Source: Verrucomicrobia bacterium UBA1412
Lineage (GTDB): Bacteria > Verrucomicrobiota > Verrucomicrobiia > Limisphaerales > UBA1412
Length of the DNA: 54,902 nt
Assembly: GCA_002305615.1 (NCBI GenBank)
Contig: DBPU01000026.1
Coordinates: 40,660-95,561, forward strand
Reading direction: 5' to 3'
Position numbers and translations under genes: made by a program. This document shows positions 37,442 through 48,400 of this stretch, piece after piece. The notes under the pieces were generated by a model, which did not search any database, was not told the DNA's origin, and saw nothing but the letters and a program-made list of their open reading frames with translations. Numbering within the stretch: the first letter of the stretch is position 1; each line of letters starts with the position of its first letter.

Positions 37442-38817
37442 ATCTTAAAGCACTCATCGCATTGATCGCAGTCGCTGCTGTGGCTATTGCCATTACAGCG
37501 ACCCTCGTAAAAAAAGATTCCGCCTCCTGGCAAACAGCAGAGGTGGGCGGCTTACTTTTCGAAAACCTGCCTGTCAATGATGTGGAGACTATTCATATCA
37601 CTCAGGGAAGCGAAAGTCTCACCCTCAACAAACAGGAGGGCATCTGGGTCGTCAAGGAACGATACAACTACCCTGCCAATTTCCAGGATATTGGACAGCT
37701 AGTCATTAAGCTCTCCGAAGTGAAACCGCTTCGAGTGATTGAAGCCGGAGAAAGCCAACTGGGCCGTCTGAACCTCCTGGCCTCCGATCAGGCTCAAGGC
37801 GGAGGAACTCTCCTTGAAATGAAGGGCGTTAACGATAAAACGCTTGTTTCTATGCTTCTGGGCAAACCCTACGTGCGCCAATCAGAAGCTCAGAAAAATC
37901 CGATGATGGGCATGTCCGGAGATATCCCCGAAGGACGTTATGTGCTCATGGGCGGAACACCCCCTGTCTACCTTATAGGTGAGCCCTTCGACAACGTGGC
38001 CCCCGCCCCGACCGCTTGGCTAAACAAAGATTTTTTCAAAGTTGAAAAGCTCTCTTCAGTTTCAGTTCAGTTTATGGGCGAATCGGCTCCTGACTGGGAG
38101 TTTTCCCGGGACGCTGTTGGAAGCGACTTTAAGCTCAAAAATCCGCTTCCCACTGAAAACGTAGACGCATCTAAAACCAGATCCTTCTCCAGCCTTTTCT
38201 CCTATGCGTCATTTACCGACGTTCTGCCTCTGGATAGCGACCCAGAGCTCACCCGGCTAAATATTCCAACGATTGCTGTAATTAAAACCTTTGACGGTTT
38301 CACCTACACAATCCACATTGGCAAGCTGACGGCGGACGAATCAGGCCGTTACCTCACCCTTAAAGTGGATGCTCAACTGCCGACCGAGCGCACAATTACT
38401 CCGGACGAAAAAGAGGAAGATAAAGCCCGTTTGGATGCCGAGTTTGTAAAGGAGCTGGATCGTCTCCAGAAAAAACTTGCTCAGGAGAAAAAGTGCGAAC
38501 AATGGATTTATCTGGTCTCGACATGGACTGTCGAAAATCTATTGAAGAACCGCGTCGATTGGATGGCCGCTGCAGACCCCAATGCAGTGAAGACAGAAGA
38601 AACTGTCATTCCTGAAATGCTGGCTTCTCCAAGCGAGGACATCGAGGAGGAAGTCGAACCTCTCCAAGACGGCGACATTGAACAGGGCGAGCCCGCAGAG
38701 CTCAATCCTGATCACCTCGAAAATGAGGAAGAAATAGTTGTGCTGGAGGATGAATTGGTTCCTCCCGATGATTATTACGAAGAGGACGATCAGGATCCCG
38801 CTGAGCCGGAAGAGTAG
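37438..38817 (+). CDS. DUF4340-like membrane-anchored periplasmic protein, second copy, with a strongly acidic C-terminal tail
   Basis: ATGA start/stop overlap with the GldG-like gene. N-terminal anchor: MNLKALIALIAVAAVAIAITATL. The last ~65 aa are Asp/Glu-rich (EDIEEEVEPLQDGDIEQGEPAEL..EDELVPPDDYYEEDDQDPAEPEE). Confidence 0.6.
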   Translation: MNLKALIALIAVAAVAIAITATLVKKDSASWQTAEVGGLLFENLPVNDVETIHITQGSESLTLNKQEGIWVVKERYNYPANFQDIGQLVIKLSEVKPLRVIEAGESQLGRLNLLASDQAQGGGTLLEMKGVNDKTLVSMLLGKPYVRQSEAQKNPMMGMSGDIPEGRYVLMGGTPPVYLIGEPFDNVAPAPTAWLNKDFFKVEKLSSVSVQFMGESAPDWEFSRDAVGSDFKLKNPLPTENVDASKTRSFSSLFSYASFTDVLPLDSDPELTRLNIPTIAVIKTFDGFTYTIHIGKLTADESGRYLTLKVDAQLPTERTITPDEKEEDKARLDAEFVKELDRLQKKLAQEKKCEQWIYLVSTWTVENLLKNRVDWMAAADPNAVKTEETVIPEMLASPSEDIEEEVEPLQDGDIEQGEPAELNPDHLENEEEIVVLEDELVPPDDYYEEDDQDPAEPEE

Positions 38818-38831
38818 ACCTGCTCTCCAGC

Positions 38832-38864
38832 AAAAAACCGCCATCTCTGGATGGCGGTTTTTTT
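38832..38864. terminator. Bidirectional rho-independent terminator between two convergent operons
   Basis: AAAAAACCGCCATC-TCTG-GATGGCGGTTTTTTT. A perfect 9-bp GC-rich stem (38837-38845 / 38850-38858) is flanked by an A-run on one side and a T-run on the other. It lies between the stops at 38817 (+) and 38888 (-). Confidence 0.8.
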
Positions 38865-38887
38865 ACCCCTACACGATTAACCTCAGA

Positions 38888-39460
38888 TCAAATGTTAAGA
38901 GGAATTACACCCAAATCCGAGGCAATCGTGCTGCCATTAGGATCGTGGTAGAGTGCTCTTACCGTCACCTTTTTCTGAGCAGGCATTTCTTCATCTTCCC
39001 AAACAAGGAGCAACTGATAGCCCACACCAAGGAGACTTTCCTTGGAAAGAGGTTTCAGCTCTTCGGGTGAGTATTTCCAGGTTTTAATTAGAGGAAGCTC
39101 CTCTCTATTATCCGGCTGATAAAAACCGTCGAAAAGCTCCACCTCCAGTTCCCCCTGAAGGATCGGCGAACCTTTAGCTTTACCCGGCTTAACCGCGAAA
39201 ACCTGAATAGCCACCGCTTTTTTTGAGTGCTTCGCATCTACCTCAAGACCGAAAGGAACCATCAGAAGGTTCAGCTCGGAAAATTGCCTGCTCGCTGGCG
39301 TAGACTGACTGGAGACACCCGTCCGGGAGACTTCCCCCGTCTGACACCCGGATAAAACAGGCAGCAGACAACACAGAAACAGGGATATCCACAAAGGCTC
39401 CTGTCTTAGCAAGAGCCTTCGCTTGCTTTTTCTAACAAACCTATTCCAAAAAGAGATCAT
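38888..39460 (-). CDS. Lipoprotein translationally coupled to the secretin (candidate pilotin or secretin accessory factor)
   Basis: 190 aa with the lipobox LPVLSGC and a beta-rich mature part. Its ATG overlaps the secretin stop as ATGA (39457-39460). It is the last gene before the terminator. Confidence 0.6.
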   Translation of the reverse strand: MISFWNRFVRKSKRRLLLRQEPLWISLFLCCLLPVLSGCQTGEVSRTGVSSQSTPASRQFSELNLLMVPFGLEVDAKHSKKAVAIQVFAVKPGKAKGSPILQGELEVELFDGFYQPDNREELPLIKTWKYSPEELKPLSKESLLGVGYQLLLVWEDEEMPAQKKVTVRALYHDPNGSTIASDLGVIPLNI

Positions 39461-42400
39461 GGATCAATCAAGAGTTCCTTCGTATGATTCACACTCCGTT
39501 TCGTCTTTTTATCAGAGCCCTCAGCATCCTCATTCATTTCCAGACCTTCCGGAAGAATCCCCTTCAGAACTTTTTCCTGCAAAGGATCCCGTTTCATTCC
39601 TGTTTGAAGAATGGAATCCTGGAATCCCTTGCGGGTCATATCCATCACGTCCATGATGTTTGTTCCGGTCTGTGAACTGGACATAATGACCTGAGGCGTT
39701 AATACAATCAGGAGCTCTTTACGGTCAACTTCATAAGCCTTGTTGCGAAACAGAGCTCCCAGGAGAGGAATATTCCCAATCCAGGGAACCTTCTTGGACC
39801 GCGAATCGTCCGTGGTACTGATGAGGCCGCCGATGAGAACCGATTGACCACTCTGAACACTTACCGTCGTGCGCGCTGTTCGCTGCGATATAATCGGAAT
39901 TTTCACATCCTTGCTCACTTCCACCGTATCGCTCGTCAATTGGCTCACTTCCGGCTCAACCGTCATTTTCACAGTTCCATCCGGACTGATGCTGGGAGTC
40001 ACCGTCAAAATGACACCCACATTCTCGTACTCATAGGTACTGGTCTGGTTTCCGTAATCGCTGAACCGTGTATCGGTCACGATCGGGACCCTCTCGCCAA
40101 TATTGATGTTTGCCTCCACGTTGTCTGCTGTGAGTATCTGAGGCGAGCTTAGCACCTCCAGCCTCCCATCCTCCTGCAACGCACGCATGAGGAAGTTGAC
40201 TTTACTGCCGGTTACAGCCGCACTGAAACCGCCAAACTTCTCCAACGCATCGGCCACACCCAGATCGGTTCCTAAACTGAAAGGAGTCCCTCCGGCCGCA
40301 TCCATATATTTCCATTCAACTCCAAGCTCCGTTTTGCTGTCAAGTGTCACCTCAGCCAACACGACTTGAATCAAGACTTGCGGCAACGGTTGATCCAATT
40401 CCTCAATCAAGGCCTCGACCTCAGTGAAATAACGGGGGCTTGAAGAAATGAGCAAAGAGTTGCTCACGGTTTCGGCAACAATGGAGACCTCCCTGTCCAG
40501 AATGGTTTGGGCCGCACCGGCTCCGCTTTGTCCCAGAATGGATATCGTTCGGTTCAAGTCTTGTTGCAAAAATGTCCGCAGTGCTGTTTCCATATCAGCA
40601 GCTCGGGAGTTGCGCAAGCGATAGACTTTTGCCTTTCGTTCTTGAGCAGGATGTGAATCCAGGGTTTGTATAATCTCGCTGGCCAACGATACGTAATGCT
40701 CGGTACCTCCCACCAAAACGGTATTAGTACGCAGATCAATCGTCACCGTCAGTGCATACTGTTCAGCTGAGCCCACGACGGCTGATTTTCCGTCGCTCCC
40801 ACCTGCTGCTTCTGTTGGTTCGATCCCCATTTGTTCGCTCAAAGCATCACTCATCGGCTTAACCAGTGTGTACTCCACAGAGCGCTGTGAGGCCGCACCT
40901 GTCGTCGCCTGCAGCCGGAAGAGTGCCGTCAGAACGGTCGCCATCTGCCGAGCATCTGCATTCTTGAGAGAAAAAATCTGAATCTTCGCCTCTTGAGGAG
41001 AGGCCTGATCCATACTCTTCACCAGGGAAACCAGAAACTCCATATAATCCACCGGTGCTGATACGATGAGAGAGTTGGAGCGAGCATCCGGTGTAATCAA
41101 AATTCCTTCTCTGAGCGCGGAAGAAACTATATCTTTGCCTTCCTGCGTACGAGTAATAAATTGGAGAAGTGATTGGCGCGCTACGCTCGTTTGAGTCAGA
41201 TTCTGCGGGTTTGTATTCAGAACTGAATTCAAAATACTGGAGAGCTCCGTCGCTCTTGCATAGGTCAGCGAAAAAATGCGAATCTCATTTACTCGAGCAA
41301 CCTGGGTCGTATCCAGTTTTTCCACCAGCTCCTGAAGCCGCTTGATGTCATTCTCGCCCGCTGAAACAATAATTGCATTGATACGCTCATCGGCATTAAC
41401 CGTCGGTCCTACACCGGCCCCAAAGCCGCCTCCACCCTGTTGCCCACGCAGCAACGCCTGCACCGTCGTAGCCACACGGCGCGCATCCGCATTCTTCATG
41501 GGGAAAACCTGCACCTTCACTGTATCAGTTTCCGGCTGATCCAATTGAGTAATGAGCGACTGAACCATTGATTCGTCGTCGGGACTCGAGCCAATAACCA
41601 ACGCATTCGACCACGCATCTGCCACGATTGTGATGGGGTCCGAAGGAACTCCTCTGGACTGAGCGGGACGATTCTGGAAAAGGCGCTGAAGAGTCATCTG
41701 CATTTTTGACGCCGTCGAATTCTTCAATGGATAAATATTGAAGAGAATCCGGCTGTTAGCATCTTTGACATCCAGCTCTACGAGCATTTTCCCTAAAAGG
41801 TCCAAGTCTTCTTTCCCGCCAGTAACCAGAAGAACGTTCGAGCGTTCATCGGCCGCAATGGTAATCGGCATGGCGCGCTCACGAATACCAGCACGACTTT
41901 CTGCATTGCTCTTGTTTCGGAAAAAGGTATCCAGTGTCGTAATTATCGTACCGGCTCGAGCATGTTTGAGCGCATAAGTCTGGATATCGCTCGCGTTGCG
42001 ATTTTCCTCTGTATCAATCTCCGAGATGAGCTCTTTGGCCAGTGCCATGTTTTCCGGACTTGCCGAAATAATTAACGTATTGGAGGGAATATCCGAAGTA
42101 ATCGCGAATGCATCCCGTTGAGAGCCCCCTCCACGTCTTCCTTGCACAGAAGACCCCGGGCGGTAAACACCTTGCTGAATAAGCGTACGCAGCATGGTGC
42201 TGACTCTTTGCGCATCGGCATACTTGAGGACGAGTGTCTCCACCAAACCTTCCGCAATCGGTTCCTGATCGAGTTTTTTCACCAGGTCGTGAACCGTCTT
42301 CAGATTATCACTATTGGCCGTGACGATCAGCGAATTGCTCAGAGTATCAGCTTCCACATTGACTCGATCTTGAGGATCCGGTTGGACTCCCGGCTGAGAT

Positions 42401-45400
42401 ATTGCCTGCAAACGTGCAGCAAATACACTGCGAATCGTGGCTGCCAACCGAGTGGCGTCATTTTGCTCAAGAATGATCACCTCCGGCTCCAGGTTTGGAT
42501 TCTCCATTGGCTTATCAAGTTTAGCCAATAACTCATCCAACAACTTATTATCTTCATCACTGGCCGCCACAAGCAAACTGTTGCTGCGAGGATCAGGCAA
42601 GATCACCGCCTGGTTAGCAACTCCTCCGCCTCGGCCACCTCCCCATCCGCCACCGGAAGAGCGGCGTTGGAAAAGCGCGGAGAGCGTACTGCTCAGCCTT
42701 TGCGCGGTGGCATGTTTAAGCTCAATCTGGCGTATATTGTTAAAGAGTGCCGAATCCCTGGAATCCAGCTCCTGAGCCAGATTTTCTATCAAGGCCATGT
42801 TCGCATTGGAGCCCCCGATAATGAGGCTGTTGCTGCGAGCATCGGCCAAAATAACCGTTCTCACCTCATCGGCTTGTCCTCGCTGCCGCACCCGCTCATT
42901 AATTAAGCGCTGCAACGACATCGACAGCGAATTAGCATCCGAGTTCTTCAACGCAATAATCCGAACTCCGCTCATATCTGAAGGGAGCTCCCGGTCCAAC
43001 TGACGGATCACCTCATCCAACGCAACTTTATTGGATTGAGAGACGCCCACGATCAACCTGTTTAAGCCTGCCGGCGAAGGGTCGGTAATGATCTTAATCG
43101 GCTTGGATAAATCCAAGATAATATCCTTACCCTCCTCATCTTTGAGGCTGAGGCGCTGCACCATCTCTGTCTGTGTCCCGGGGCGCCCGGGACCTCTTCT
43201 CATCCCGGCTTCGGCTCCGAAGAGGTTCTGCAATAGAACTCCCATTTGAGTCCCAGAAACATACTTCAACGGATAAACCTTAACCTCCATTTCTGCAGTT
43301 CCGGTATCCATATCCAGTTCAGATATGATCTGAACCAGCTTCTCCATCACCGCATCACGCGCTATGAGGAAAAGCGAACGCGTCCGTTCATCTGCAGAAA
43401 CCGCTACTGGGTCTCCGGGCCGAACCACATCAAGCTGATTGAGCACCCGATTGACAATCTGCAGCATTTGCGTCGGATTGGCATTCTTCAGAATCACCAT
43501 CTTGTATTCCAATAGTGAATCAATCCCCTCCGCATCCAGCTGTTTGATAAGTGACTCCAGAGCGACGAAATCAGCCGGCTTGGCTCTAACAATCACACTG
43601 CGAGTCCGGGTTTCCGGAACGATAATAGCACGCGGAACCGGAGGCAACCCCGGCTGGCCCTGTTGCTGCTGAGGCGGTTGCTGAGGTTGGCCCTGCTGCT
43701 GCCCTTGCTGTTGGCCCTGCTGCTGTTGTTGTTGCTGGCGGCCATTTCTGCCTTCTCCCCTGGCTCCAAATCTGGATTCCGCATCCACCGAAATGGGGGC
43801 CGTACTGAAAAGCTGATTAAGCGTGCGGGCTAACATCACCGGGTCCGCCTCGTTCAACCTGAAAAGACGAATCTCCGAGTCCCCTTGGCTGAAAGAACTT
43901 TGCAGCTGAGAAACAATGGAGCGTATCCGATCCACCTCAAAGCTCGGACCCGAAACAATCAGCGTATTGGCATTTGAATCTACCGCCAAAGTCACCTTCA
44001 TCGGCTCGGATTCCTCTGCCTGAGATACCGTCGACACCTGCGGCGCAACTTCCTCCTCAGTCGCCTTCGGTGCTTTATACCCGGTTGCAGTTCCTGTCTT
44101 TTCAGCGGTGCGGGGTGGAAGCTTTTCCACAATCTCGAGCATAGAGGGCGATATCTGCGGATAGATATTCTCCAGCACTTTCGCCATCTGCTCTGCCGAC
44201 ATGTTCGTTACGGGAATAAGACGGACCACCTCGGTTAGATCACGAGCGATGTTGTCCATCTTTTCGATCATCTCTTCAATCTCTTGGAAGTCCTTTTCCC
44301 GTGCCACGACAGTCAACGTATTGGCAATGAAGTCGGACTCAAAAATCATCTGTTCCGGCCGGCCCGGGTCGTTAAAAAGCCCATCCAGCCTCAGCTCAAC
44401 GTCCAAAGCATCCGCATTCACCAATGTGTAGAAACGAACCTCTCTATCCGGCTTCTCCGGTTTTTGATCAACCACCTTGAGAATTTTTTCCAGCATGGAA
44501 AGCTTGCTCGGAGAGCCCATAACCACAATGCTGTTGTTTTTCTCGTCCGGAGACATGGTCAGAGAATCCTGATTTGAAGAGCGGCTCCATGCCCATGAGA
44601 TTCCCCTCCGTGAGGAGCCATGCCCTTGCATCAGGGTGTTGATGGTGCGCATCGCCTCACTGGTGTAAATATTCTCCAGTTTATAGGTTCGGAGCTCCAT
44701 CTGGCGCTCCGGCAACTCTGTAAGCAGAGTTTGCATGATGGATTCGATCAAGGGCATCTGTTTTTCATTGGCAGCCACAATGAGACGCCCGGAAAAGTCA
44801 TCCGGCAAAATGATCGCATCCGGCGGGCCAGCCTCGGTTAAACCTTTGATCTGATCACGATAAAGCTCCTGTAAACGCTCGGAGTACCCCCAGACATCCC
44901 AGGTGTCGATATCAAACATTCTCAAGACGCGTGCATCCCGCACTTGTGGAACATCCAACTGCTCGATGAGTTTGCCAAGGCGATCAGCCTCCCCTGCACT
45001 TCCGGAAACGATGATTCGGTTATTCAGATCATCTGCAGTAGCTCTCGTGGAAACAGTGCTGCGGCTGGTTCTGCTGTAAATCACGGTGTTCAACACCGGC
45101 ACCAATTGTGAAGGTCTTGCCGATTTCAGTGTGAACATACGAACCGTGGGCTCGGCCGCATCGCTCTTTTCCTGGAGCGTTTTCACGACGCCGTCCATCA
45201 TCTCCTTCTGATCTTTGCGCACCCCCACGATCAACTTGCCGCTATAGTCATCGCCAAAAATATATGCATCGGCAGCGCCCAACCCGCTATTACCCTTCAA
45301 CTGATCTTGATAGAGGTTTTTCACGTTGTTGGCAAATTGGTACATGTTCGCATATTGCACGTCATAGGTGCAAACCACGCGCTCCAATCCTTGTCCGGCG

Positions 45401-48400
45401 CTATCAAACTCTTTAACTAGCTGCTCCGCGTATTCAATATCCTCCAGCATGCCGAATACAAAAATACCACCCGTGCGCGTGTCAGCCGAAATCCAGGGCG
45501 CCATTCCCGGCCTCTGCATACGTCGAGCCCGCACCACGAAGTTAAGCGCGGCGGCAATCTCCTGATTGCTGGCATTGGTCGGCTGCAATAGCTTCAACTG
45601 CATATCCGGCAGTGTCGCTTTGTCGTCGAGCTTATTTACAATCTCGTCAATCAACGCAAGCTGATCGCGAGATGCAGCTACCATCATTCTGCCAAATTCG
45701 TTATCCGGCAAAAAAATGGCATCCGCTATTCCCAGTTCCGGTTTAGCCTTGATCTGGTCTGTGTAAAACGTACGCACCCGGTTGATTTGATCATTTACAT
45801 TGCGGGAGGTTACCCGATAGGTTTTCATCTCCCGAGCTTGCTCCATTTCAGAGCTGTCCAGCTCATTAATGATCATCTCCACCTGAGTAATATCTGTCGG
45901 CCGGCCATAAACAACGATAGCATTGCGTTGGATATCAAGGTTCACGGTAGGAGCAACCCCTCTGGTCCGCACGCCGCCCCGATATAAAGTCACATGCTGC
46001 ACCAATGGGTAGATATTTCTCGCATCAGCTCGTTTCAGCTTAAAAACACGCAGACTGCTTTCGATTTGAACGTCCTGATTCAGAGCCTCAATCACCTTCT
46101 CAATGATCTGCATCTGATTCTGAGAGGCCGATACGACTAGTCGCCCCGTGTAATCAGGAAAAAATTTCGCATCTCCTGCACCCTTTCCCGGAGCCGCCCC
46201 CATTTGATCCCGATAGAGTTGCTGGACCTGCTCAGTAAAACTCCACATATCCGGAGTTTTCACGTTGAAAATCTTCATTTCACGTGGATTATCCGTCGCA
46301 GCCCCGTCCAGTTCCGCAATGATCTGTTCGGCCTTGGCTATATCAGCCGGTCTGCCATAAACGAAAATTTTGTTCTCATTCCAATCCGGATAAACCCAGG
46401 GCCGCATTCCTCTGGAGCGAGTCTCACGGTTGAAAATCATCTGCAAAGCGCTCTGAACCATGCTCGGGCTGGAACCTTTGAGCAGAAATTGGCGAAATTC
46501 ACCGTTAGCCGCAGCACTCTCTCCCAACAGTAATTCCAGGAGCTCCTCCAGCAATTTCATATGCGATTCGCTGGCTGCTACCGTAATACTGTTGGCAGAA
46601 TAATCGGGGATAAAAACCGCATCGGGAGCGCCCGCTTCCGGTTTTGATTTAAGCTGATCATTGTAGATCATCTTCAACCGATTCATCAGCTCATAAGGGT
46701 CCGAATACTGGGCCGAAAAAACTTTAACAATGCGGGGTTCACGATCCTGATTGAGATCAATCTGCTCAATCAGTGCGCTTGCCTGTTCGATATCGCTTAT
46801 CGTGCCACAAACAACCAGGCTATTGTTGTGGCCATCAACAAAAACCGAGGGGTTCGGTCCCCCCTTTCGTTTTTCTCGATATGTGTTTAAGTAACGATTT
46901 AAAACGCTGGACAGCTCATAGGGATAGTTTCCTCGAAGCCGAAAAACTTTTACACCCAGAGAACCTCCGCTTTTAAGGTCTATCTCCTCGACAATAGCTT
47001 TGATCTTTTCTAGCTCTTCATCCGAGCCGCAGATAATTAACCGGCCCGTGTTGGGCTCGGGAATAATCCTTGGCACATCCATTCGTTGCATCTGCTGAAG
47101 CCTGCGGCGCTCCTGAGGCGTACTGCCCGCAACGTCATTGCGCATTTGCTCCGCCAACACTTGCGTTGTCAGATTGGCTATTTGATACGGATCCCCTTGA
47201 ATATCCAGAAAACGGATTTGCCGCGAACTCACTGAAGAGGACTGCACATCCAGGTCTTTAATCACGTCCCGAACAGCCTGCAGCACTCCGGCTTTGCCAT
47301 TCAATACCAGGCTGTTGCTGCGCTCATCCACCAGAACCCTCAAGCCAAAACGGCGATCATTGAACGTTTTTTCAATGAGCCCTCCAATTTCCAGTGCCAC
47401 TGCATACTGCAGACGAACCACACTGGTTTCATTTTTTTCAAGACTGGCTTGGTCCGGAGTTCCCTTCTGCGTGGAATCCGTATCTGCAGTGCTAAAACCA
47501 TCCACCTTCTCAATTGCCGCTTCAATCTCCTTGAGCAGTGCTGCATTCGAACTGATGACCATCAGGCGATCGAACTTCGGATCAACAACCAGCTTGGCCT
47601 TCTGCGGATCATTCTCATTGGCCGCCGCGATTCCATTGACCATCTGGCGTAACATCGTGGAAAGCTCCTCCGGAGTCATCCTTCGCGGATAAAATATCTT
47701 GGTATCCAGCGTCACTGCCGTGGATTTATCTCCTTCAGTATCCAGCTGAGCTATCACTCGCTCAATGAGAGCTAGCTGCTCAGGGTCTGCAGTGATAACC
47801 AGAAGACGGCCCTGTTTAGCATCCACAACCAGGCGGGCTTTGTTGGAAACTCGCTCGCCCGGCGCTGCTATTCCGCTCACGCTCTGGCGCAACATATCCG
47901 ACAGCTCACTGGGCGAAAGATGTTTCGGGTAGATAATCTTCATATCCGACACCGTTGATGCTGGGGCAATTCCCGCTCCCATACTGGCCGGATCGACTTT
48001 CTTGATCACCTTTTCAATAGTCTCCATTTGCCCGGCTACCGGAGTCGTCACAATCAATCTTCCCAGTTTTTCATCAACCACTAACCGGGCCTTAGTGACG
48101 GCTGTATCCGGATTTTCTCGAGGGCCGGCTACACCGCTCACCGTCTGAAAAATCACGTTTGAGAGTTCAGCTGGAGTCATCTCAATCGGATAAAAAATTC
48201 TCACATCCGTCGGTGAGAGGCCTTCCTTATTTTCAAAGCGGTTGATCAGCTGTTCGGCTAAATCCACGCGTTCGGTAGGACCAAAAATAACCATCGTCCT
48301 CGATGCTTCATCCCAAACCGCTGTCACATAATCTTCAGGGCTCGGAGGCAGAGGTATGTAGCTATTCTTCTCTTTATTGTACTGACTCTTGACCGGGGCA

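Noticed and set aside
43648-43740. A repetitive ctgctg/ttgttg tract that could be taken for a microsatellite, a CRISPR-like repeat or an assembly artefact
   Set aside because: It is in frame within the secretin ORF and encodes a Gln/Gly/Pro tract. It has no spacer-repeat organisation. It is reported as low-complexity coding sequence instead.
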